Assembly: GCA_030141605.1 (NCBI GenBank)
Contig: JAQGDQ010000413.1
Coordinates: forward strand, 141,283 to 205,282
Length of the DNA stretch: 64,000 nucleotides
Origin: Tubiluchus corallicola
Taxonomy: Eukaryota > Animalia > Priapulida
Direction of reading: 5' to 3'
Made by a program: the position numbers and the translations under genes. This document shows positions 1 to 18,914 of the stretch, piece by piece. Each line of letters starts with the position of its first letter. The first letter of the stretch is position 1. Below the pieces are notes generated by a model. That model was given only the letters and a program-made list of their open reading frames with translations. It did no database searches and was not told where the DNA came from.

Positions 1-262
1 GACATCAACAAGTCTTGTCTCCGCTGTGTTAGCTCACGGAAATGAAATGATGGAAATGTGTCTCCGGTGACAGAGAAGAGAGCAGAAAGAGACGGGTTTC
101 ATCTTGACAGAAACACCATAATAGACGCTTTTGGTCACAAAGGAGGTGAAGGGCCTTGCTAGGGCAATAGGCTTTACGCTTTTCCAAAGTTTTTTCCTAT
201 AAATTTTTTATAAATTTGAGCAAATTTTAATATTTGTATTTTCATGACATTCCATGTCACTG

Positions 263-3231
<2,969 letters not shown>

Positions 3232-3570
3232 CCCTCTTTACGTGGATGTAAGTGTCTAGTTTTTGATATTCATAAGTTAGCTTTTCAAGTAAATAACTTC
3301 GAAATAAAAGATTTTCGCTTCCAAGGTCATGTCAACTACTAGCAATTTTTCAGTGAATCTGATGTGTTTTGTGACCCTTGAGTATATATGTTTAAATTTG
3401 ATATTTTATTATTTTTATTTTCATTATTATTATTATATTATTATTATTTATTATTATTATATTATTAGATTTCATTATTTTTATTTTTTAATATTTTTAT
3501 TCTAAGCAGCACAGATAAAATGTTAAAAAGTTATTATGTTCAGCGCCCAAATTGCAAAAGTGATAAATGT

Positions 3571-3854
<284 letters not shown>

Positions 3855-4210
3855 CATCAGCAATGACGACGACGATGACAGCAATGACAGTATTATTTTT
3901 TCAAGTAATATGAAAAATGATTTTCATAATTATGCTCATATTCTGGTTGAATATTTTTAGTCACTTTGTAAGATGAATGTGTTCAACACTGAACCGTGAA
4001 ATAATGACATCAACATGAGTTGCTTCATTCTCCTATCTTATGCTTCTCATGCTGTCATACAAAATTTTTGCTATTTTTGCTACGTATCAACGTATTTAAC
4101 AAGTTAAACTTTTTCAAATTCAAGTCGGTTGTCATATATTTTATACCAATATATTAGCTGCTTCAGTTAATACATGTTACAAAGTATGGAAAGATTTCAA
4201 AAGCTAACAA

Positions 4211-5100
<890 letters not shown>

Positions 5101-5833
5101 CAAAAAAATTGTCAAAAGCAATACGTTGTCATTACATAAATGCTCTCTGAGCAATTCAATTACATCTCTAAACGAAAAACCGTGTTTTATTTTATAATAT
5201 TGTTCGTAAATTGAGACAAGTGTCTTGGAAAACAGGCTGTTTACGTACGAGATTGAAGTCGTGCTGACTTGGGAATTCAGTTTAACTTTGTGAGTCGCAA
5301 GGCTTAAAACCTTGTCAAACACAAAGTATTGTTTATGTTGAGTGAATTGAAAAGAGGACCAGTCACAGACGGATAAAGGCTCTGCAAACACTGGTTCAAT
5401 TTAACGTGTAAACTGGGCATTGTTCGAGCGCGTTGAAACGTATGTACGAAGAAAATTAACAACGGCCTAAGTGAGGCCAGAGAGGTGTAGGACATCTACC
5501 CTGCGGGGCGCATCGTCCCTTCAAACTAACCTCGTAAATATATGCGCTTGTTATTCTCCATATGTCAGCGCGTATGGCTTTTGTCAAATTCGGCTTGGAC
5601 TTGGGTGGAAAAATAATTCATGTGCCGCTGCCTAGGGCCAGCGCTTTTTTCAGCAGAGTAGCAAACGCTGCTGCTGCTGCTGCTGCTTAGCATCCCAAGC
5701 CTGCATAGAGCTACTACCTGCGTCTCTCTCTCCCTCCATCTTTTTATTATAACTGAAAAGGTTCGTTCACATGGAAACTATAATACATTCAGGCCAAAAT
5801 TTGAATGTTCAACAAAAGTCAAAAACTGAACAC

Positions 5834-6054
5834 GGCCAGACGGTCGTAGTAACGCGTCCGCTTTCGGTCTGAGAGGTCGTGAGTTCGATACAGCGGTTGA
5901 GTCATATCAAAGACTAAAAATGTTACCTGTTGTTGCTCTGCCTAGGGTAGAAGTGGGGGTAATAATAGTCTCTGTTGTGTACTGGTAGTTGTAAGTTGTT
6001 ATTTACAGTCGGCGATAATAGCTCTTTGGGCTAATATTAATTGTTCACCCAAAA
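5834..6054 (+). mobile_element. tRNA-derived SINE (Meta-domain-like body), 3' end truncated
   Basis: A/B-box-like head (GAGTTCGATAC); homologous to 43655-43890. Confidence 0.75.
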
Positions 6055-6527
6055 CTTCGCGTTCACGCCACTAGTTCTTCGCTGTTACATGCATTTCGCC
6101 ATTCGCTAGCTAGACTGGCACTAGCTCCTGCATTTCGGAAACGCTTTGCACAAAAAACAGGTGCTGTACCTTTCACTTCAAATGTCATGGTTTGTGACGA
6201 ACTACACACGTTCGAGAACTCATGCGTGAGCACAGCGGTAAATTTGAAATTTGAATTTTTATCTTAAAACCTATCTAGTTTTAGTACAACACAGCACTGC
6301 ATTTCAATTTTCGCTTTCGCAAACACGTTATGCTAGAACAAAAAATATGTTCGTTTGTGATGTTATCAATAATTGGGCTCGCCCGCCATTAATTAGTCTA
6401 ATGTTTAATCAAATTTTTAATCTAATATTTAATTAACAGAAATGCGTTTGCAGTATTAATTGTTAATTGTATACTTTTTATCGGACTTGAAAATGAGACA
6501 GTATATGAAAAATTATCCTGCATTCCT
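6055..6527 (+). mobile_element. Kolobok-like non-autonomous DNA transposon, partial copy
   Basis: Aligns with about 9050-9541 and the reverse of 55287-55780; ends CCT|TTAA. Confidence 0.7.
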
Positions 6528-7059
6528 TTAAAATCTAATTAAATTTTTAACGTGGTTAAATAGTTTTGTTTACTCAACTTGTACAAATTTGTACAAATTT
6601 CTTTGTGCTTTGACGATGGTTTTTGCTTTTGCAATGAATGAGGACTGCCGCATAAATGGGATTTATTTTTTATGTTTATTAATTAATTAATAAATTAATT
6701 AATTAATGTAATTTCCTCATTTTTTGATACACAAATAAAAATGATGTCCATTAGTTTTGTGAAGGAAAAAGACGCCATGTATAACGGTCTCTTTTTCACT
6801 CAATGGCGTGTCTCAAAATCTCCACTGAAATTAGATGCACATTAACTGATTTTCACCCAGCTATCGGTTGCTCATTAATAAAACATTGTAAGATCACTGA
6901 ATGACACACGGACACAATAGCTACTGTCTGTACTGTGTGTATAGAGCAACTGTAATTATTTTTTAAGTGCACTGCGCTGCAAAAAATAAGCAGTTATAAT
7001 GAATTTTGCAGTTAAACATTTGCCTGGTAATCATGATAAATTACCTCAGTATTAGCTCA

Positions 7060-7093
<34 letters not shown>

Positions 7094-7146
7094 GTATCTA
7101 TCTATCTGTCTGTCTGTCTGCCTATCTATGTATCTATCTCTATCTA

Positions 7147-7194
<48 letters not shown>

Positions 7195-7335
7195 CCTACC
7201 TACCTACCTACCTACCTACCTACCTACCTACCTACCTACCTACCTACCTACCTACCTATCTATCTATCTGTCTATCTATCTGTCTGTCTATCTATCTATC
7301 TATCTATCTACCTACCTACCTACCTACCTACCTAC

Positions 7336-7430
<95 letters not shown>

Positions 7431-7481
7431 CTAAACAAACTATATCTATCTATCTATCTACCTATCTATCTATCTATCTAC

Positions 7482-7527
<46 letters not shown>

Positions 7528-7528
7528 C

Positions 7529-7589
<61 letters not shown>

Positions 7590-7626
7590 CATCTATCTAT
7601 CTATCCATCCATCCATCTATCTATCT
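7060..7626. repeat. Compound (TCTG)/(TCTA)/(CCTA)n microsatellite
   Basis: Direct. Confidence 0.97.
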
Positions 7627-8339
7627 AATATTCAGACAACGTATTGCGCGCTGAATTGCCGTTGTCGTGTTGTAGTTGTCGCCGTAAAAAGTGCCGGTGA
7701 CTGCACCAATGGTGATATCATGTATGCAACACACAATAGTTAATTTTTGCTAAGAATTTGGTGGCGATTAAACTGCTTCAAACAACCCTAGTCTTCAGAC
7801 ATTTTCAACTTTTGAATTGCATTCCTTCAGTAATGACACTTTTTCATAAATTCAATTATTCTGGCGTAAATCCGTCCTGAAAGAGAAACGCCTCCTCCAA
7901 GCCTCTACTCTAAGTGGCGCTCGACACTTCATTAGGTAATTGGCCCAAATCATGGGTTTCTTTAACCGCTTAGCCTGTGGGCAAGCACCGTAATTATAGC
8001 AGAGTAGAATTCTTCTTTTATACCTAGCCCTAGCTGATTCTCCCTAACTATTATGGTAAGCATTTTTAATACCTGCTTTGGGTATAATTATAAGCGTTAG
8101 GTTGGCAATTACGTTTTAGTAAATCATACACATGGTGCTCTTGTTAATCAGTGCTTCTTGATTAAGAGAAAATTACTGACTGGGTTCGGGTAAAGTTATA
8201 GGACACTGAAAATACCCACGGGCTAAAATTGCTCGAAGTTTGTAGGGCGTTAACGCTTTTAATTACAGTAATGTTTATAATTGAGAATATAGTCGAATTA
8301 CTTAGTAAAGACTTAGTGTTCTAGACTATAAGTTTCCTC

Positions 8340-8706
<367 letters not shown>

Positions 8707-8927
8707 CGAAACGTTTTTATGTTGTGTAGAGTTACCTTGTGAAGTATATATATAATATATATATGTGAAGTTTATATAATATTCATTACAACAGTCGGTT
8801 AGTTTTATTAACTATTACTAATCAAGTCATTAAAACTGATTTTATTGTTTATAGTTATCGTTTAAAATACCTGAGGTCAATCCGTGCTGCCTGCTACAAG
8901 TTAGAACTAGAGGCATTTTATATTTAA

Positions 8928-9541
8928 GGCAAAACCGGAGGTCAAACTGCAGATCAAAACAATCTACTCTTTAAAATATTGAAAGGAAACATACTATTTT
9001 TTTTTCAAAAATGACTTACATGAAAGAATTATTACCACACAAACACAATTTCATGTTGGCGCCACTAGTTCTTCAGTGTTACTCGCGTTTCACCATTCGC
9101 TAGTTAGACGGGCACCAGCAACCTGCATTTCAGAAACGTTTTGCGCAAAAACAGGTGCTGTACCTCTCAGTTCAGATGTGTTAGATTGTGACGAACTGCA
9201 CACGTTCGACAGCTCATGCGTGAGCACAGCAGTAAATTTAAAATTTGAATATTTATTTTAAAACTTGCCTAGTTTTAGTACAACACACTGAATATCTTAC
9301 AATAGCACCGTGCTTCCGTTTTCGCTTTCACAAACACGTACAACACGCTCGCGGAATATTTTTGCTGTTGGAATTATGTTCGTTTGTGATGTCATCAATA
9401 GCTGGGCTCGCCCTTCGTTAATTAAGTTTTTAATCTATTATTTAATCATCATAACGCTTTTGCGGTATTAATTGTGTTAAAACATATAGTTTTTTCGGAC
9501 TTGAAAATGGGCTAGCATATGAAAAATCATCCTGTCTTCCT
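8928..9541 (+). mobile_element. Kolobok-like non-autonomous DNA transposon, full length (~614 bp)
   Basis: TTAA at 8924-8927 and 9542-9545; RR...YY termini with short imperfect TIR (GGCAAAACCGGA / AGGAAGACAGGA); two further copies in the window. Confidence 0.75.
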
Positions 9542-10559
9542 TTAAGAGATATCACAATATATAAGTTTATAAGTTTATTTATTTCCACTCTGCATCTAAC
9601 AGTTATAATAAAAAATACAGATAATTTCACTGAAGCAAATATAAATATAAATGCAACATTATCCAGAAATTACAAAAGAGATTCTTATGCAGCATATACA
9701 TGTGCAAATTACATTACAGAATAATTTTGATGCATACAGTTTGAGCCTAAAAGCATAGCTTGACAGGCCAAACGGTACGTGGAAATCTTAGAGAAGTGAT
9801 TAATAATTGAAATAATAATAATAATATATACATAAAAGTGTACATACGTATGTACAAATGTATATATATATATGTACATACGTATGTACAAATCATATAC
9901 GATATTTTAGAATAAACTGCTACATAAACTTTAATAAATTTAACGAGGAAATTTACACAGCTACATATTTCTAACACCAACTCACGTAGGTATAATATAA
10001 TCAGTGAAACTCGTGCAGCTTACGATGGGTTCACTGATGGCCATACAAATTAAACAACAAAACGATTAAGCATCTTAACCAATTTTAATCTCAAAAATCT
10101 TCAAGAATTCTTAAATCCAGTTGCAGAAATGAAGTCAATAGGACACAGAATTGAACGCGCGTATTACCAGAACTTGAGTTAATTAAAATCATTCGGTAGC
10201 TGTACGATCAAATTAAATACCTTTTGTCCAATTACAATGTCATAATTTGACAGCGTCGTCACACTTTCTTTTGATCGTATAAAGCCGCCATTCTCGGTGC
10301 CTTTGATATAAGTCGAATTGAAATCTAAACCCCGGACTCGTGCTCCGCCTTTTTGCTGAGAGGAGAGGTGCCGCATACTTTTCTAATTGGACGAAGCATG
10401 GCAATGGTATGCCAAACGAGTGGTTGTTAGCAACGTTTTAATTAGTCCTGTTTGTGGCTGAAATTCAAATTTAGCGCAGTGAAAGGTTGCCGATGCGTCA
10501 TTCACACCGAGGTCTTTCAGCACTCTTCTCTTTGCGAATCTTATTAAGCACAAGTTTAT

Positions 10560-10650
10560 GTCGTTGCTGCTGCTGCTGTTTTTGCTGCTGTTGTTGCTGT
10601 TGTTGTTGTTGCTGATGTTGTTGTTGTGTTGTTGTTGTTGCTGCTGTTGT

Positions 10651-10688
<38 letters not shown>

Positions 10689-10711
10689 CTGCTGCTACTA
10701 TTGTTGTTGTT

Positions 10712-10798
<87 letters not shown>

Positions 10799-10878
10799 AC
10801 TATTGTTGTTGTTATTGTTGTTGTTGTTGTTGTTCCTGTTGTTGTTGTTGTTGTTGTTGTTGTTATTGTTGCTCTTGC

Positions 10879-10918
<40 letters not shown>

Positions 10919-11090
10919 GCTGTTGCTGTTTTTGTTATTGTTGCTGTTGTTGTTGTTGCTGTTGTTGTTATTGTTGCTGTTGTTGTTGCTGCTGCTGTCG
11001 CTGCTGTTGTTGCTGCTCCTAATACTGTTGTTGTTGTTGCTGCTGCTGTTGCTGTTGTTGTTGTTATTGCTGCTGCTGTTGTTGTTATTC
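10560..11090. repeat. (GTT/GCT)n trinucleotide tract
   Basis: Direct. Confidence 0.95.
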
Positions 11091-12319
11091 ACGCTTTTAA
11101 TCTCTCTGATGCTGATTTATCCATGTTCGCCGTTAACTATATTAGTATTGCAAAGTTATTTTATATACCAGTTAAATACAATTTGTAAAATGTTGGTGAC
11201 TTTTGGTAATTTTAGATATATTGTAATTGAAGCGCAGGTTATTGTGCAATACCTTTGTGTGAAAACGAAATTTGTACATGAAAGAATTTCATAGACGAAA
11301 TTAAGGAATAAATGAATGAATGAGTAAATGAATAAACGAACGCGGAAACAAGCAAACCAAACAAGCAACCAAGAAAACAAACAAACAAGCAACAAGTCTT
11401 AAAACATAGGTCTCATGTGTGTATATGTGCATTTGTTTTTCAAGCACTTTTATATAAGTTTTTGCTTTGCAGCCTAAATTGCAACTTCCACGAATCATGT
11501 GTTCAGACAGAAAAAAATTGCCAAATTTGAAATGACTTAATCAAACTGGATCAGCAACAGCAATAAAATGAGGCATTTAACAAACATATTATTTTACAAA
11601 ATTATAGTTAATAAAATGAGAAAGAAGCCTTGATTCATTTTTCTACTAACTGTCAAAAAGACGAAATTATATTATATAAGATGCATTGCTATTATCAGGA
11701 GGAATCAATAACAGCTTCCCTGCCAATAAATTCAAGGCTCCTAAACGCCTTCATTTAACCTTTCAAATTTCATTTCCATTTTATTTTAATGACAAACGCT
11801 CAGACGAGCACTTTAGTGTCAAATCAGCTGCCAGTATTTGCAGAAATGCTGCAAGGATATGTCTATTGACACTGTAATACTTAAGCCACGACCAAACTCA
11901 TTGTTACTACATAAAATATTTAATAACTCCTGATGGCCCATTCTCTCCACTGATTGCTCCCTGGCAGTAATCGTTGCCTGTAAGTGGTCTACTCAGCACT
12001 CTAATACTGCTGAATCCTGACACATTTCATAACAATAATTTCATGCTATGGAGTCGTTACTAATGGATATCGATCCAGCCAATAGGTATTTAATATGAGC
12101 TCATTATGCTTAAATCAAGGGCCATATCGTGTATATGAATTATTGAAGGGTGGGGGATTAGTCGACCCCTGCAGCAGCTCAGTCTCACGAGAGGAAAATG
12201 AGGGCGCCTATAAAGGAAGCCAGTATTTCCCATAAAATCAGACGAAGAGAAAGGTCTTCGATTCTTTTTTTATACAGTACGGCTACTAAAACCAGATTTT
12301 GATGTTTGTATGTTTGTAG

Positions 12320-12480
<161 letters not shown>

Positions 12481-12752
12481 GAGAGAAGGAGAAAGACCGA
12501 ATTGAAAGGTGGTAAAAAGGGAACAAGACTGGTCCAAATTCCGCGCGTACCGCCCTGACTGTGTTTACACTTAATGATAGTCCTACCTGACTGAGAGTAG
12601 GTGTAGATTACTGTCCCACTATATCTAAATACTTGTGAAAAAATTGAACTTCACTCAAAGTCCTAGGAGAAGTTGAATGGCACTCGAAGAAGTGACCGGT
12701 GTCAAGTGTCCTTGACTCTTTCGCCGAGGTCACCGCTCCCCTTCATCACTTT

Positions 12753-12989
12753 CAAGGCTCCTACCCCAACAAGGCTCCTACCACAACAAGGCTCCTACCC
12801 CAACAAGGCTCCTACCCCAGCAAGGCTCCTACCCCAACAAGGCTCCTACCACAACAAGGCTCCTACCCCAACAAGGCTCCTACCACAACAAGGCTCCTAC
12901 CACAACAAGGCTCCTACCCCAACAAGGCTCCTACCACAACAAGGCTCCTACCCCACAAGGCTCCTACCACACAAGGCTCCTACCCCAAC
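12753..12989. repeat. 17-bp minisatellite CAAGGCTCCTACC(C/A)CAA, ~14 copies
   Basis: Direct tandem repetition. Confidence 0.95.
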
Positions 12990-14002
12990 TATCTGTCACG
13001 TAAGTTTCGTGACTCCCCAACCCTTTGCGTTTGGGAGTTAACGTGATTTAAAAATTGGAAGACTGGACGTCTAACATAATATAATGATGATAATGAAAAA
13101 AGGTGATGATCAACGTTCAGAAATAAATAAATTTAAATCTAATCTAATCTAACGTATATAATGGGTTCCCATAGATACGAGACGCTAGAACTCATGGATG
13201 AAATAGAGATGAAGAGTAAAGCAAAAGTGGAAAAGACGAAACAAAATCTCTAGCAAATTTAAAGCAAAAACGTAAGAAACTAGAACACTTTTTCACTAGT
13301 AAAGTAAATAAAGCGATGTTTAAAATTTCCCGGCACCTTCCTCCTGGTTTCCTGCCCACAGAACTCCATCAAGAAATATCTAATGCTTCTAGATTGTTTG
13401 CTCTCTTCTAGAAAATTATGTCCTACCCAAAAAACCGTAACACCTTATTTACTGTTTCGTCATTCCGACATAATTACACATGTATGTTGATATTCAGTTT
13501 GTACGTCATCTACAAATCCACACATCTACATGGAACGTCACGTAGGACAATGAACAATGAACAATGAACAATGATACATGAACGACAATTTTCTCAGTTT
13601 CTAAAAGGGAAATTGGAGACAAAGCTGCTTTCTTTCAAAAACAGAAACACTTCTTATTACACACGTGTAGTACGAACTCGGTCTAATGAAATTAACCTTT
13701 TTCTCTCAGAAATAGGAGGCCCCAGAGATATTAAAGTCCGCTGAATTGATGCACATTCTCCATCGTGACCTACATAGAGATCTATGTACATAGGTCTTAT
13801 GACTTCAGGCCTTTGTACACAACTCGTGATGAGTTCGAGTGGAAGGTGTTATTAAAATATTCCTTAATGCATCGTAGGTCTTGTGCTTAGTGCTTCATTC
13901 TAACGTTTGATCTTGAAAGCGTTTTTAAAGTACGTCACAGCAAGTGCAGTACACACTGATCTGCCTGCAAAGTAAGGTGCACAAACGATGACTGCTTTGG
14001 CG

Positions 14003-14035
14003 ACCGAAGTTAAGCAACGCCAGATCTGATCAGTA
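14003..14035 (+). pseudogene. Short degraded 5S rRNA-derived fragment
   Basis: ACCGAAGTTAAGCAACG matches the 5S box A region, then a decayed continuation. Confidence 0.45.
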
Positions 14036-14976
14036 AGTGAAGGTGAAAGCTAAGAAAACTGTTAATGAAACTGAATGAATAAACAAATAAATTAACAAAC
14101 AAATAATTGTCTTTAAAGATTATTCTTGGCAATTAACTACGTTCTGGTCCTGCCATAATCATCTAAATTATAGTGGTTTCTGATGTTGGCTTACAGTGTT
14201 CTAAAGTATCTTTACTTTAATCTTTAACTAAATTACAGACAGTATAAATTCTAGAAAACATATAGATAGTATAGATAGAAAGTATAGATAGTATACTTCA
14301 ATTATAAAAACCCTTTTAGGGGGAAGTATCCAATATCCTTGTTTAGTGTTTACCCAAAAGCACACATGGAAGTCCGATAAACTTTTTGTCATTATATCAG
14401 ATAATATCTGTTACCAATTTCAGTTCATTGGACTAGTAACTGAATCTTCGTGGTTAACAATAACTGCATGGTCAAATAACTGAATGGTAGAAGGTTTAGC
14501 TAAGGTTTCCGTTATAGCAAGTGGATGGTCTCTACATCTTGCTACTGCTAGACCAAGAGACAATGCAGAAATGTGCAAACCAGGAGGCATATCTACTCAT
14601 AGAGTACCTTTCCGTCATTCACCAACTTTGCACATTGGCAGACATCAGACTGGTAAATGGTAACAACAAGCGTCCGCTACTTGACAGAAGGATTCTGGAC
14701 TGTAGATATACCGCAGTCATAGTGAAAGATTTAGAAAATAGTTGAACTTACACATTAAAAGCTGCTGTACCATTTTGTAACGAGGATTTGGCTCCTACTG
14801 TATTACATTAATTGCTACATCCCTTGGTCGGGACTTGAGTTTTTAGCTATTTGGATATAACCTTTCTAATTGTCTAACTATTTCCACACAGTGATAAATA
14901 TTGTATTAATTATTTCAATATTTTAAACTTTATTCACACATTAAAAAGTACATAGCATTACACAAAAATATTAAAA

Positions 14977-16228
14977 CACTCAACTGTACTATAAAATTAC
15001 AATAAAAACTACTAAACTATTTACATATATACAGTTCTACACTCAACTGTACTATAAAAATACAATAGAAACTACTAAAATATTTACATATATACTGTAC
15101 TGCACTCAACTGTACTATAAAAGTACAATAGAAACTACTAAAATATTTATATACATACTGTACTACACTCAACTGTACTATAAAATTACAATAGAAACTA
15201 CTAAAATATTTACATATATACTGTACTACACTCAACTGTACTATAAAATTACAATAGAAACTACTAAAATATTTACATATATACTGTACTACACTCAACT
15301 GTACTATAAAATTACAATAGAAACTACTAAAATATTTACATATATACTGTACTACACTCAACTGTACTATAAAATTACAATAGAAACTACTAAAATATTT
15401 ACATATATACTATACTACACTCAACTGTACTGTAAAATTACAATAGAAACTAGTAAAATATTTACATATATACTGTACTACAGTCAACTGTACTATAAAA
15501 TTACAATAGAAACTACTAAAATATTTACATATATACTGTACTACACTCAACTGTACTATAAAATTACAATAGAAACTACTAAAATATTTACGTATATACT
15601 GTACTGCACTCAACTGTACTATAAAATTACAATAGAAACTACTAAAATATTTACATACATACTGTACTGCACTCAACTGTACTGTAAAATTACAATAGAA
15701 ACTAGTAAAATATTTACATATATACTGTACTGCACTCAACTGTACTATAAAATTACAATAGAAACTACTAAAATATTTGCATACATTCTGTACTGCACTC
15801 AACTGTACTATAGAATTACAATGGAAACTGCTAAAATATTTGCATATATACTGTACTACACTCAACTGTACTATAAAATTACAATAGAAACTAGTAAAAT
15901 ATTTGCATATATACTGTACTACACTCAACTGTACTATAAAATTACAATAGAAACTAGTAAAATATTTACATATATACTATACTACACTCAACTGTACTAT
16001 AAAATTACAATAGAAACTAGTAAAATATTTACATATATACTGTACTACACACAACTGTACTGTAAAATTACAAAAGAAACTAGTAAAATATTTGCATATA
16101 TACTGTACTACACTCAACTGTACTATAAAATTACAAAAGAAACTAGTAAAATATTTACATATATACTGTACTACACACAACTGTACTGTAAAATTACAAA
16201 AGAAACTAGTAAAATATTTGCATATATA
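14977..16228. repeat. 63-bp tandem repeat, ~20 copies
   Basis: Unit ACTCAACTGTACTATAAAATTACAATAGAAACTACTAAAATATTTACATATATACTGTACTAC; period 63 (15041 to 15104). Confidence 0.97.
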
Positions 16229-17050
16229 CATACAGACGCACCCAGACACCAGACACAAATACTCAGGACAGATCATTAAATGAACAATACACAGGGGGAG
16301 GTATCACACCCAATAAAAGTTACACATTTAAATTTATAAAGGATAATAAGAAAGCAATGTAATTTGAATCATTGCTTTTAAGAGTTTTGTCAGTATTAAA
16401 ATATTAAAATATGGCTGGTACAGGCTGTGTCAATGTAGCAGTGTATATTATAACTATACATTATACATGTAACTGGTATTTTGATTTGCATAATGTATGT
16501 ACGTGTTTTTGTAGCACGTAAGCCGTTTTAGTTTGCGACAAAAGCGACTGATTTTGAGTCTTTTCATCTTCTTCTGTGCAACGATTCGCCGCCATGTTTG
16601 TGCAACTCAAACTGAAAAGGAAATGTAAGCAGCGTAAAGTATATTTTGATTAACATGAAAACTGGGCAATGTTTTTAAATGCAGAGAAATGTATTTTTAA
16701 TCTGCTATTTGCTATTGTCGACAAACGCGTGAACAAGATTGTGTATTGATTGCTTTAAAAGTGCAGATGCAAACGTGCCGCCACGGAACAGAGCTAAGAG
16801 AACAATATTATGAAACTTTTGCGTGAAAGAACCGACGAATAATGATTAAAGTGCATGTTAACACTTTTCTATTAATCAAATCTTAAATGAAAGGGCAAGT
16901 CACTTAGCATATTGCGCTCATTTAACTGTTATCACTTAAACTTAGAAGAATTCAGCAATGAAATTTGCATAAAAACTTTCTATAATGCATAAAGTTCATT
17001 TATACTACAGCTGTATAATAATTTTCAAGCGCGATGGTAGCCGCTATTCA

Positions 17051-17538
17051 ACCTAGCCACTGGGGGGGGGGGGCAAACCAGCCCAACTCAGTGCCGGTCC
17101 CAAGCCCGGATAAATAGGGAGGGTTAGGGTCAGGAAGGGCATCCGCCTGTAAAAACTGCGCCAAAGCCTTCTATGAATGAGTCGGTGAGACTTAAAGGTA
17201 AAGTCCACAAAGAAGTGGTCAGACCCGCTCTAATTTATGGGCTGGAAGCAGCTTCTCTAAAGAAGACCGAAGAGAAGAAAATGGGTGTGGTGGAGATGAG
17301 GATGTTGAGATGAATGGTGGGAATAACAAGAAGAGATAAAATTAGAAATAATAATATCAGAGGAACAGCAAAAGTAGTGGAAGCCTCACAAGATTGCGAT
17401 GGTATGGACACCTGAAAAGAAGAGTCTGTGAAGATCTTGTGGGAAGGGAAGACATAAATAAAGAGATGGTCAACAACAGGAGTGCGTGGAAAAGACTCAT
17501 TCACAACGGCGACCCCGAATAGGGAAAAGCTGGGAAGA
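17051..17538 (+). mobile_element. Bipartite non-autonomous RTE-clade (Expander/REX3-like) retroposon, copy 1
   Basis: RTE-like 5' UTR (CCGGTCCCAAGCCCGGATAAATAGGG...GGAAGGGCATCC) fused to an RT C-terminal remnant ([18 protein letters not shown]...EMRMLR) and a GGCGACCCC...GGGAAAAG end. 17-bp TSD ATGGTAGCCGCTATTCA at 17034-17050 and 17539-17555. Confidence 0.88.
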
Positions 17539-18832
17539 ATGGTAGCCGCTATTCACTTGAAAGTTATGACGTAACTGGTGGACTTCGTGATTTTTCGTAA
17601 GCGCATCGCGGCTTTCGGGTAAGTGTGCCCTGCGTTAATTAATTCAAACTTTTGCAACTTCCTAAAGTTCATGCAAAAATGTCACAAAATTAGCTGTTTA
17701 ATTTATTGTAAAAATCTTTTGATGGAAATTGACAGTGCATTGACTTTTCTTCAGCCTATGAATGACGTCACTGTGGGAAGAATGGACATTCAAAATGGGG
17801 GGACATCCCAAGAGTGAAGGGGTCGTCACCTTAATGCTTTAAAGTGATTTTACTAATTACACGAATTTGTTTCGCACACTTTTATTACTAAATGCTTGCA
17901 ACATTTTTCACGAACGTTGAAATAAGCCCAACTTCCCGGAAGGTTTGGTGTTTCCTTTAAGGAAATTGTACAAATTGTACAAATCACTGAAAATGATCAA
18001 ACGACGACGAAACTAATAAATTGTCGGTACCAACATCTTTTAGAACTTTAATGCCGTTTACATAAGTTCTCGCTAACGTCAGAGAGATCTACAAGCCTAA
18101 AACATAAAATACTTAGTCAAAAAAGGGTTAAACTGCTATACAGTTCGCAGCAAATTATCACAAATAATTACAATACTAAAGCTCTCTTCTGAAATATTGC
18201 ATCCTTTCTATTGTGATCGGCAAGTTTTCTTGTCATGTTGGATTTAAAGCACAAGAAAACCCTCCACTTGCATAAAGCTTAAAAAATTCGTCTCGAAATT
18301 TTCTACCACTTACCTACTGCCTTTTTGTATGCAGGGTTTGCATCGGCCGTAACGCTGTATAAAACGTGTAAATTTAAACTCCCGCGATGACCGTTAGGCG
18401 CAGCCATTTTTATGGTAGGTTGTTTGAAACAAGTTTTGATAACATTAAGTAAAGTTTGAAAAAATAATCAGAGCATTCATAGCATACATGTTGCTAATTA
18501 AGTAAAATTTTGGGTTATAATTTAACATTGCCTTTTCTTTTCCTGATTTGCGTGGCGTAGTGACGTCATGTAATGGCGCCGTCGGAACAGTATTGCGGGA
18601 GATTTAAAATGAAAACAAACTAAAATTTCTTTCAACGCGAGTACGATATGTGCATAAAATTACAGTAAAGTAATATAAATTTTTTAAGGCGGTTTTTCTG
18701 AAACCTACATCAGGCGCCCCCTTTCTTGTCCTTGAAGCATAATCCCGATTTTGGCCAATTTTTTGTTGAGGGTGTACCTGAAACCGTTATCTAACAGAAT
18801 CTGAAGTGAAAATTTCTATTGCAATTTGTTCT

Positions 18833-18914
18833 AGGCACCCCGTTACTAGGAACTATCTTTACCCACCCAAACCAGGCACCCCGTTACTAGGAACTATCTT
18901 TACCCACCTAAACC
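18833..18914. repeat. 41-bp tandem duplication
   Basis: AGGCACCCCGTTACTAGGAACTATCTTTACCCACC(C/T)AAACC twice. Confidence 0.9.

Noticed and set aside
14400-14760. Possible exon or coding remnant (ORF 14521-14745; also 22827-23213)
   Set aside because: No recognisable domain, non-ATG starts and no convincing splice signals.
16490-18830. Further DNA-transposon relics (CCTTTAA end near 17960, GCCAT-type motifs)
   Set aside because: Could not pair termini or find second copies in the window, so boundaries are unsupported.
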